NCBI GenBank assembly: GCA_043228905.1
Contig: JBHGNT010000153.1
Location: forward strand, 451 to 64,450
Direction: 5' to 3'
DNA length: 64,000 nt
DNA from: Azolla caroliniana
Lineage: Eukaryota; Plantae; Polypodiophyta
The notes under the pieces are model-generated. The model saw nothing but the letters and a program-made list of their open reading frames with translations. It was not told where the DNA came from and did no database searches. Position numbers and translations under genes: made by a program. Shown piece by piece: positions 13,151 to 24,291 of this stretch; within the stretch, counting starts at the first letter, position 1, and the number at the start of each line of letters is the position of its first letter.

Positions 13151-16100
13151 GTAACAACCATCTTATAAGAGAAACAAAAAGGCATGAAGCTTTGAAGTTT
13201 GCATGTCTTATTCTAAGATACCATACAAAATGGTGGTGAAATCCCCAAATTCCTTAATGTTTTGTCAAGCGCAAACTTCAACAACAAATCCAAATTAACG
13301 GCTAACTAAAGTCCACCCCTATAGGAGCTTGAGGTTATGAGAACACATCATTTCAATAAAGTTCGTATAATATTCCTATCATACAAACAAGGGGTAAAAA
13401 TATAATATCCTATTCGAGATGCTGGCTTTAATTTTCATTGTCTTGTTTCACCAATTTCATACGCATTCGTAGACTCATTTTTCATTTACCAATCACAATG
13501 TAACATTGGAAAACATCACCCTCACTCTATTCCTCCATATGTTAAATAATTAAATTTAGAGATATATGTTTTCTGCTCAAGTTGAAGCCTTTTCAATCAT
13601 GACTTCAACACACTATTTGTTTTCATCCATAATTAGATTTGAAGAGAAACCCAACATCTTGAGACAAGATTTATCACTTATTTTCGCTATTAACTTCTCT
13701 TCAATTCATTACCAGTTAACTATTTTTTTTGTATGTCTGTGCCATTAACTCCTCTAGATTTAAAAAGCTAGTCATTTTCATCAATAAATTGCCGTTTTTA
13801 CTATTACATTTCAGTACACATACATACACACACACAAATGACAATGACCCGTATCAACTTCCTGTATGAGCTTGCTCATCATCCTTTTCACATGATATGC
13901 ACAAAGTCGCAATGTGAAAGAACATCGTTCGTTTAAAATTGGGACATTAAAACTCTGATATAACAATGTTGAAATGTGAGCATGGCCACCATGCTTGTGA
14001 AGGCTCTATCCAAGGAAAACACCTTTGCTCTCTCAATCTCTCGCTCTCTCACTCTCCAAAAAACCCTTTATAACACAATCCTGCATCACGTTGATCCACA
14101 ATAAGATCTCCCACATTAAATTCCTCAATAATTATTGACTCCTATCAACATTCCACTATTCCTCAGCTTTTGTATCGAAAAATCCCCCCACCCCTTTCCT
14201 TTGTCTCGTCTTTTATCACATCCATCATCCAACTTCAACAAAGGACTGACAAGGAATTCCACATCTTTTTACACTGACAATATATATAGAAGATGTTGCC
14301 TCTAAAGAAAGTGGCCAACTAGAACTATCGTTAACTAGGTCTTCACGGAAACACCTTTTTGCACTAATAATATGTCCTAAGAATATTTTTCTCTAGCAAA
14401 AAGTGCCCAATTTGTTGGATTTTCCAAAGGTTCTAAAATTACTCGTACTTCATTTCCTCGTCTAAATAGCCAATTGGTTACATTTTCACACATGTTTTAA
14501 ATCAACCGTCTCCATACTCAAGGCTAAAAACTAATATTGACTTGTCACTCTACCATCCCTCGCCTCCCCCCCAATTATGAGAGAATAAGGCCATTTTTTT
14601 CAAGAAAAAAACCCATTCCAAATAGAACAATTTTTGGTATATTTATGCATACATTTTTAGTGTCTACTTTTGATGGACCCATGGGGAATCCTTCCTTACC
14701 TATTAGACATATGTATGAAGGATGTTTTAATTTTATTGGGAGAAGTTTCTTGTTTTTGGGATCTCCAAACTCAAAATGTGGGACACATAAATACACTTTT
14801 GCATGTATTGTAATTGATAAAATTCAAACATGTCCCCATGGCTTGAAGTTTTGAATCTTGAACATTAATGAACGTTTGGTTCTAAAAAAATTTGAAATGG
14901 GAAGACAACTTTTCCCAATGTAGACATGTATGTATATGTTTGTGTTTGTATTAGTTTGATATGTAAACTATACAACTATGATTGAACATTGCAATTTTGT
15001 CATCTTGTATCTTGTTATGTATCCCGTTCATAAGTGGAAGGAAATCTATAGATATTTGTCCAATATCTAGTAGTTGGAGTTATTATCCTATTGGAATCTA
15101 AAAAAATTTGTTGGCCAAGAGCAACACGTGTTTACAAGTAAGCCTTGAGGATAATGTTGATCTCACCAATAACATCGCCAACTTTTCTCTTCATTTGATT
15201 CAAATGAATATTGTGAAATATGCCTAACAGTTTACAATCGAGGAAATATTATCTACAATGTTGTAGTAAGTACTCTATATAGATTGCATTAGACAAGAAC
15301 CCAATTATAAGCAATAAACTTTTGAGCCTTTTAGTGTCTTGGAATATTCCAAAATAAATGCTAGTTTTTTAGGGGAAGCCTTGGAGTTTCCTTTCAAATT
15401 AGACAAAAGACCATAACTTTCACACCACCTTTCCAAATGAGGACAATCCTCTATGTTTAAAATCTTCTTGCTGCAACATTTTCAACAATAGATCATAAGG
15501 TATTGTTTCATCTACATCAACTCGGGATTTTAGTTGTCCACGATTTGAGATATATGAAGAGACGGGCCTAAATCAACTTTAAATGAACATCTAAATGTGT
15601 AATCATGATTAGAATTATCTGACGATTTGGTTAAAATTGTCTTCTTGTGTATACTCCCCATCAAGTAATATAATGCTTGACTTAACATGGATTTATTATC
15701 ATGGTTATTCTATGAAGTCTATGATAAAGATCAATAACTATGTTGGATTGTACTTGGGACACTTAATTGCATCAACTTATTGATAAATCATAAACATATT
15801 CCCAAGGCATGGGCCATGAAGTAACATACAAAGTAGCGCCATATAGTTGTGGATATTTGATCCCACAAAGTTTTCCTATGGTAGATTTGCATGATCTTAT
15901 AATGAAGCCTTGCATTGTTATCATTAGTTGTTTGTTCGAGGGGGATGATTATTGTGGAAACAACCTCAAATGACAATCATCAACTAAGAAAAACTCATAT
16001 GGGTACTACTTACTTGCATATTGAGTCAAATGATAGCTATAAAACCTTCCTACATGAATGATGGAGAAATCAATAAGAAGCCAAATTTTCAACTAAGCTA

Positions 16101-16979
16101 ACATCATTTGGAAAAAGTTATAATTAGCAAACATAATCCAAATTTCCAATAAGTTAACCTAGTGAATATAAGTTCTAACTTGTGGGGATGTGTACAATCT
16201 CTCATTTATACGATGCATTTATGTGAAAGCAATACTTTCAAAACATACTTTAGCACATCGTCTGTTAGGTTATTTAACAATTGTTGCAACTTGCAATTTG
16301 TCTACCATGCACATATGAGTCTAAGTTGTCCTTCTTATATTGTCATATTTAGACGTTCATTGTGGGTGGACCCATATTACTTTGTTTATCAAGCATTTTA
16401 ATCTATCGTAGTACAATCAATCACCCCATTCCCTCACAGTTATTAATACATGAGCATGCAATGCATGATCTCTCCGGGCTCAAGAATTGGTACAAGTGAT
16501 TTCGCCATGACCAACTTCCAATGCGTAACTTGTATTGGTACTCAAAACACTTGCACAATAAATCAAGATTGGATGTCTTGTGTGTAAGAAGAGAATGAAC
16601 CCATCAACAACATTAATTGCGGCACTCTTTCGTCATTAACAGTGCTTGTCACAGGACAATCTCCATCTAGCAACGTAGGTAGTGGCACAAACATAAGGGC
16701 GAGGGTACCCTCATGTGAGCCTTAAAAAAGATTTTCTCCTTAAACATGAGAGGGGTAAGTAACCATGCCACACACATGTGATGGAATACAAGTCAAATAC
16801 ATACATAATATGAAATATGGGCGTGCCATGTCCAGCTCTACCACGTGGGTGCAGAGAGAAGAGGAAGCCAAAAAAGCTATGATGGAGATCAATTGTCAAC
16901 ATACTAGAGGACTTTTGTTTGGGCCTGTCTAATTAGAAGCGTTTCGCCGCGTGTAGAAGAGTGTTAATTATATTTAAGG

Positions 16980-17142
16980 GGAGCCACGTGGGTGCGGCGA
17001 GGGGGAAAGGGAGGCATGCCACGTGGCAGTAAAGGAATGCCACGTGGCGGAACGGAATGCCACGTGGGCGGGGAAGGAATTGAGAGGTCTGTGCGGCAAA
17101 AGGGAGAGAAAAGGGAAAGGAAAGGAAAGGAAAAGTGAAGAG

Positions 17143-17182
<40 letters not shown>

Positions 17183-17350
17183 TGATAATTGTGGGTTGGC
17201 CAAAAAGCCTTCGTTTCTGTACGTTGGAGCAGCGGGCGCCCAAACACGCGTGTTGTTTGTTGGTGGCCGCCCGGGACCACTCCAACCTGGCGGGCTGAGA
17301 CGACGCCACGTCACTTCCCGGCACGCCCAGCCTGATTGCCACGTCAGCTC
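16980..17350. promoter_or_regulatory. GC-rich island with clustered G-box (CACGTG) and GCCACGTCA elements; candidate enhancer
   Basis: CACGTG at 16985, 17020, 17041 and 17061, three of them in a repeated atGCCACGTGG unit. GCCACGTCA at 17305 and 17338. An (AG)n tract separates the two groups. Confidence 0.6.
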
Positions 17351-17608
17351 CCACGCACGCACGCGCCCTATTGGAAGCTCAGCTTTTTGTCGTCTTCTGT
17401 CTGCCCGCTTTCCATTCCATCCCTCAAACCAAATCCCGCCCCCGCACGTAAAAGAGAAGTTGTTTCGACTTTTTAATTATTGTTTTAGTGGTAGGAACTA
17501 TAAATAATACGTGAAATATTATTAAAACAAAATGAAGCAAAACAGACGTCCTTCCTTCGTTCCTTCCCCTTTTTCACTTGCATGTTTTTTTTGAAAAGAG
17601 CGAGAAAG

Positions 17609-17612
<4 letters not shown>

Positions 17613-17672
<60 letters not shown>
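17613..17672. repeat. (AG)n microsatellite
   Basis: Uninterrupted run of about 30 AG units. Confidence 0.97.
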
Positions 17673-17673
<1 letters not shown>

Positions 17674-20600
17674 CAATTATAGTTATTTAAAAAAGGTAGA
17701 GTAAAATAAATAATATAATATCAACGCATGAATCCGTTATTTCTTTTTTTGGTTCTGTTTTTATTTATTCCCTGGCTTTTATCAAAACGTGAAGGAAATG
17801 CTCGGCCGCGCAAACATGAAAGCTTTTAATTACGCAATTAATTAATCATTTGGATTATTGGAACCGTAAACGGAAACAAAAAAAAAGACGAAGGAAGAGA
17901 ACTGGGGAAAGGGAGGGGGGGGGGGTGGATTTAAAACCTCTAAAATAGCTGTATTAATGCTGAAATTTCCATATTTATTTAATTTAATTACATATTCGTA
18001 GGTGGATGGCTAATTATAATAGAATAGTAGCTAAAAATGAATGGGGGAGTTTTTCTCGAGATTCCATTAAATTTTGGTAAGTAAATAAACAAAAACAAGA
18101 GGCTTTAAATTGTGAGTTTCATTCAGTGACTGCATTAAAAAAAGTGGGGGGGGGGGGGAAGGAGGTAAAAAAATATAAATATCGAATTGAAATTCGGGGT
18201 TTTAAATTTCGAGAAAATGTGCAACTAAATGGAAAACGCCTATTTAATGAACACACACACACACACACACATACATATACATATATATATATGTATCATA
18301 TATGTATAGATATATATGGGGATGAGAGAGGGGCTTCCTGCTCTTGAGTATTGTGTCTTTGATATAGTAATCCAGATGCTGCTGTTTACGGTTTAAATGA
18401 ATAAAAAAACTCTTTGTTTTCAAATATGAACTAACAAACAGTAATAAGAGGAAATGATTATTGTGAATAAAAAGTTAAAAAGGAAAAATACGATGTTTCT
18501 TGTCTTGCAGGGCGTGGAGGGTTGGGGGAAGGGGACGGGAAAGAAAGGGGCATGTACCGAATTAATTTACTTTACTTACAAACACGGAGGGGGGCCTAAT
18601 CTAATTAATTCTTCGAAGACAAAACCGCATCATTATAAATCTAATTATTGTATATTGATAACAGATAAAGAAAAACAATTAGATTCTCTTCTATTTTTCG
18701 CTTTCTTTTTCTAGAGTTTGTAAATTTTGCTCAACTAATTAATTAGGAATCTCTCACACACACACACACTCTCTCTCTCTCTCACTCATTCTCCTTTGTG
18801 GAATATCTGAAATGGTACGCTAATTTCCTTTATTTGTTTTCATTAAAAAAAGGGGGAGTTGTTCTTTGTGCAGGACAGGACAGGACAGGAATGTGCTTTT
18901 TTTCTCGGGCTTTCCATTCCCCTTCTCCTTTTTCTGTATCTCTGTCTTTGTCTCTGCCCACACCCCCGGCTTTCTCTCTCTCTCTAAATTATCTGAAATC
19001 AAAAGTCATAATTTTCATGCAACCTTCCTCAAATTAATCACTTCACAAAACTATATACATTCAGAGGAGGTAGATGATTAAGTTGTCCCAAATCGACAAA
19101 AAAAAAGAGAGCTGTTTTTGTACTTGGCAGAAGTAGGATTTGCGTTTTCTTTGCTCTTCCATGTAGAACTTACTACTAACAGTAAGCTTCAGCGAAGGAA
19201 TTTTAGCTCTCTTTTTCGGGGTGTATGACCTATCATTTTATGAATGGGGGCCTTCTTTCTTCAGAACTAGCCATCGCAGTGCAGGGTCTCGTTTTTTTTT
19301 TTTCTACTTTTGCGTTTCACACAGACACGAACATAAACACACACAGAGCAACCACTTCACCAAGTTATGCTTTTCTACACTTTTTATTTTTTTGGCCATG
19401 ACAAGAATGCTTTTTTGTTTTTAGCTTTTATTATTTCAGTAAAAGAGCTTAGAAACTCCCTTCTTTATTTTATCACTTCATTTGTAAATTTTCACCCCTG
19501 TCTTACCAAGAAGAGGCGCGCGGGCAGGCTCACACACACATACACACACGGATACAAACACGAAGCATTCCCAAATTGAATAAGTATTTTAGAGGGGACT
19601 TAATGCAGGATCAGAAAAGAAGCTTTTTGCTTTTCTCTCTCAGACTGCGCCTTCTTGAATGTCTATTAAGTATCTAATTTATCACCATTTAAGTAAAGGA
19701 AAATCGCGCGTCATTAATTTGGAAAGATTTGGGTCGGAGATAGAAAGAGAGAGCGAGAGAGATCACACATAAACAAGGAAGAAAATCGGAGAAGAAATGA
19801 AAAGAGAAATACTTTACTAAGTAGTACTGGCAAGAGATCAAATCCGGGCAATAACTCTTGCTTTCTAGTCTCTCTCTCTCTCTCTTCCTCTCTCTCCTCT
19901 TTCTTTCTCTGTACAGTATTCATATTGTACCTTCTTTTCTGCATCAAATTTATGTGTAAGAGAGGCTGCTTGTTAACGTCACAGGATTCTTTCATCTTCT
20001 GCTTCTCTTCTGAGTAAGACATTCTTCTCCCGTATACATATACTACTAATACATATGCATCTACGTATGTATTTATCTCTATATATGATGATGTATATGT
20101 TTATAGCTGTAGCTTTGCCATAATCTACATGAAAAAAGTAGAAGGTTCAGTTCTGAATTGTATGGAGATGTAAGGCAAATCTGAGTACAGACAATAATTT
20201 AACAGCCCGCTAGAGAAAATCGCTGACGTTGTTGTGCAGAAGATTGAGCACACAGCCAGGGCAAGAAGGAAGAAGCAAAAACAAAGAAAGCAATAAAAAA
20301 GGCGAAGAAATAGAAGCAAGAAATAAGAAGAAGAAAAGGAAAGGTGCAAGAATCTGGAAGATTCAACACATTACCAAGAAGAACGTTATCATACGATCGG
20401 GTGATGTATTTCTTGCTAATATTACCTTGAAGAGAGCAAAACAGCAAAAAGCAGACTATCCTAATGAGAAGGTGCATTCCTTGATGGTATAATATTCTCG
20501 AAGAAGAAGACGAAAGGGAAGGAGCCTCCTTGTCATCAGATGATACTTATCGTTCTAATGTATGTATCGTTTAGATCTACTATTAATAATATTCCTGCAT

Positions 20601-20919
20601 CATAGGAGAAGAAAACCATCTCTCTAATCAGAGATTAATATCATTGCATCACGAAGAGCACTATGAACCTGTTAACCAGGAGGCTTCTGTAATAATTGAA
20701 AGTAATAATCTATATAATGATGATGCAATTTTTAGTATTTATATCATCTGCTAGATCTGTGAAAGCCATTGTATCCAAACCCATTCACAGAGAACAGAAA
20801 AACGAGTTATGCAACAGCAGCAATAGATTAGAGTAGCTGTTTAATGTCTGGATACGCACTGGTATTTGCAGAACAGACATAAGCGTACTTCTGTAGACGA
20901 AAGGGTGCCTTATGATCAG

Positions 20920-22719
20920 ATGATGCATTCCTTGCTTTTGTCTTCCAGATCTGTGAGTATCATCGCACCTTCCAAAAAGAAGAATAGGATTAGCCGTAGC
21001 GGATCATCATCGTCATCATCTTCATCAGCTGTGTATAATAATTGTAATTTTATTAGTAAACCCATTGATCATCATACCATTGTAGCCAAAGCCTGTGCTT
21101 TCGATGAGATGCGCACAAATTCTGATTCAGAAGCAAGTTCAGCAGGAGGAGCGGAAAGAACCAATCCAGAAGCTAGACTAGAAACGGACCAATTTCATCT
21201 TGTCTCTGGCAATAAATCTTCAAGTTCTGATGAGGTTAATGGCCTAGGAGGAGGCGGAGGTAATATTGCTGCATTAAACGTGAAAGATCTGTTAACAGAC
21301 TGTGTTATGTCAGTTTGTCAAGGCAGATGGCAAAGATCCTTGGAACTTCTTCGGGTTTTGAAAGAGAAATCTTCTGCAGATAATGGCGATGGAGGAGATC
21401 AGAGAATGGTCTCACAATTCACAGCCGTTCTCTCAGCAAGAATACAAGAGACGTCGACCTACAACGCTGAATATAGATCATGGATGCAGAGGCACGAATT
21501 AGAAGGCAATACAACAAGGTTAGATAACATAGCCATGGATGCTATGCAGAATATTGATGAAGAAGGAATTCAAAATGCAAGTCTTTCTTTCAACCAGGTA
21601 ACACCATATCTGAGATTCTTACACCTCACTGCCAACCAAGCCATTTTAGAAGCTGTGGAAAGGAAGCAGAGAATTCATGTAGTTGATATAGAGATAATGC
21701 AAGGTTTGCAATGGCCGCCATTCATGCAAGCTATGGCTGAGCGAGATGGGGGTCCTCCTATGCTCCTTAAAATTACAGGTGGTGGGAGAGAGAGACGAGT
21801 ATTAGAACAAGTTGGGGAAAGATTAAGAAAATTTGCCGAGTCAGTTGGTATTGAAGGTTTTGAATATGATGTTTTGGAATATGGAGTCAATAATAATATC
21901 AACTCTACATCAGCTCATCATGGTCCTCGACTACGGCCCTTGTTTCGAAGTGGAAATGAAGAAGAAGATGATGATGATGAAGAAGAAGAATGTGAAACTA
22001 TGGTTGTCAATTGCATTTTGCAAGTGGGAGATATGCCATGGAATTATAGCATGGGGGATCAAAGTGTAACCTCATTATTTCCTTCTGCTTCTTCAAATTT
22101 GCCTTCTTCCTGTTTGTCTTCTATATGTTCTTCATGGATGATGTTATCTGATGTGCTAATGAGGTATCGGCCTTTCCTTGTCACCATAGCCGAGCCAGAA
22201 GTAGATTTCTCAAGCTCCTCTTCATTTGAGATTCGTTTCGCTCAAGCTGTCCGGCATTACTCAGCAATATTTGAGTCTTTGGATGCAACATTGCCTCCCT
22301 CATGCCAACATCGCGCAATCGTAGAGAATGTGTGGCTCAGATCTCAAATTGCCAGTCTTCTGCTCCATGGCAACAACAATAGGAATGATAACAATGCTGG
22401 CCAATTATATGGCCAAGTCGGACCGAATTCTTTTAATAATGGCTGTAGAAATGGTCTTCTTTATCAAAGCTTTACTTGTAGCTCATCGTGGCGAGCTTCT
22501 TTGTGTTCACGTGGTTTTGAGGCGATTCCATTGAGTGAGTTTGCTATATCGCAGGCACGTCTTCTCCTTCGTCTTCGATATCCCTCAGAAGGTTACCGTC
22601 TCCGACAGTTTTACAATAATAATAATGCTTCAGGTGGGGATCAACATTGCCTTGCCTTGGGATGGCAAGATACTCCTCTCTTCACTGTCTCTGCTTGGAA
22701 ATCCCCGTCATCATCATAA
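20920..22719 (+). CDS. LAS: GRAS transcription factor, LATERAL SUPPRESSOR (LS/LAS/MOC1) subfamily; intronless CDS
   Basis: NQVTPYLRFLHLTANQAILEA, VHIID-type IHVVDIEIMQGLQWPPFMQAMAER, RFAQAVRHYSAIFESLDATLP, the LS-diagnostic FAISQARLLLRLRYPSEGY, and terminal LGWQDTPLFTVSAW. The first in-frame ATG is at 20920; the ORF track starts at a TTG. Confidence 0.92.
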   Translation: MMHSLLLSSRSVSIIAPSKKKNRISRSGSSSSSSSSAVYNNCNFISKPIDHHTIVAKACAFDEMRTNSDSEASSAGGAERTNPEARLETDQFHLVSGNKSSSSDEVNGLGGGGGNIAALNVKDLLTDCVMSVCQGRWQRSLELLRVLKEKSSADNGDGGDQRMVSQFTAVLSARIQETSTYNAEYRSWMQRHELEGNTTRLDNIAMDAMQNIDEEGIQNASLSFNQVTPYLRFLHLTANQAILEAVERKQRIHVVDIEIMQGLQWPPFMQAMAERDGGPPMLLKITGGGRERRVLEQVGERLRKFAESVGIEGFEYDVLEYGVNNNINSTSAHHGPRLRPLFRSGNEEEDDDDEEEECETMVVNCILQVGDMPWNYSMGDQSVTSLFPSASSNLPSSCLSSICSSWMMLSDVLMRYRPFLVTIAEPEVDFSSSSSFEIRFAQAVRHYSAIFESLDATLPPSCQHRAIVENVWLRSQIASLLLHGNNNRNDNNAGQLYGQVGPNSFNNGCRNGLLYQSFTCSSSWRASLCSRGFEAIPLSEFAISQARLLLRLRYPSEGYRLRQFYNNNNASGGDQHCLALGWQDTPLFTVSAWKSPSSS

Positions 22720-24291
22720 ATGTGATCACGAAGGAGTCTTCACCATCTCTTTGTATGAGCAAGCCACTAATTTTAATTTGATCACATTCAGACCATGACC
22801 CCTCGCTTTCTGTAATTTCCGTACTTGCTAACTTTTGACCTATCACTAATTCTTCATCAATTTTATTGCCCATGCATCATGTATTACAATACTCCCCCCT
22901 TCTATACCTTAAAAAAAGTGGTTGAGATAGTTTGATCATGATGATATGTTTGAAGGATATGAACCCTGATCAGGGATCACGGACCATGGACCTAGTCACA
23001 TGAATTTTGCTATAAATTCAATTAACCGACTGGTGTTATGTGTCTAACCAATGGCTCCTACCTGAGTACTCAAAGGTCACGTAATTCTGTCTAACTAAAT
23101 CTTTGAATAAATTTTAGATGCAGTAGAAAGAAAATCGACCTAATAGGTAATGGACACGACTATGACGAAAAGGAAATTACATTTCAATGCGGAACCTGTT
23201 TTAGATTAGTGCAAGCTGCTGTTAGATGGTAAACTGTGAGTTAGTTACAGACATCTAAAAATGTACCAGGGCGATGGTCTAGCGTAGTAGCTGGTCCTTT
23301 ACTTGCGCTGAGCTTTTAGTGTTAATAGTATTGCAACTATATATGAAGCACGTGTTTGTTAACTAATGCGAAGTAGTGTTTTTTTTTTAAACAATAAATA
23401 AATAATATTAGAGGAGCACGTAGCGAGAGTAATGTGTAAACTATGACAGCCATTAACAGGAGGTTTTATGCCCCTAAGTATCCCTCGTAGATGTATGGGT
23501 AATGTTTGGTGATGCCACACTCTCTATACGCAACGTTAATTTATGTCGGGACAGAATCAACAAAGATTTGTCATTATATAATTGGATCTGAGTAGTGGAA
23601 TGTTGAACTTATTTGCAAAACCACTTAATTCTAGCATCCAACACCTTCTATATTAGAATCTAGATGATTGTTTGGTCAACCATAGTCCATTGGGAGAAGA
23701 TGAAATGGTATGGGTTTAATATCTCTAGCTTTTTCATGTGTTGAAAGATGCCCTAATGTGGAATGCTGCTTGATACTTGTACCTCAAGCTTTTAAGTTTA
23801 TGTCCAACATTGCACGAGGTGCACGAGGAGATGGATTGGGGCTACTAACATATGACATTGGTAGATAGGGAAGTATTTTTTAAGAGAGACGTAAGGCTTA
23901 CCCATTGGGTTTTATTATAACATGTTGTGACCTAAATCTCCCGGCCTATTACTACATCTGCAATGCATGAGAATGAGAGACACATGTGAGGAGGTAATGG
24001 GTTCGATGCAGTTCACTACCAATGTGGTAATGTGTTATAACTTATAACTTATGTGTAGTTTTTTGACTCTCGAGTATTATGAAGGGGGTAACCTAGCTTT
24101 TGCTTTCATGAGTAGTTTAATTAGTTCAATAGGTAGGCACGCCGCACACACGACACCCACAATAATACTTTAAGAAATAGAAAAAGATAGAAGAGAGAGA
24201 GGCATGGCCCTAAAGCTTCCCAAATGCCCTCGTCGATGAATCGAGATTCAAACGTTCTTTCCTCACCACTTCTGCATCAGAGGCCATCGCC

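Noticed and set aside
17000-17075. Short regularly spaced repeats resembling a CRISPR-like array
   Set aside because: Eukaryotic context, ~12-bp repeats, ~9-bp spacers and no cas genes.
16933-17507. Cluster of 90-130 aa ORFs in five frames
   Set aside because: Explained by high GC and the (AG)n tract; no protein motifs. A regulatory interpretation fits better.
17350-20100. Search for conserved miRNA hairpins or target sites (e.g. miR171, miR156/529) near the GRAS gene
   Set aside because: No match to the conserved mature sequences was seen by eye, and LS-type GRAS genes are not established miR171 targets.
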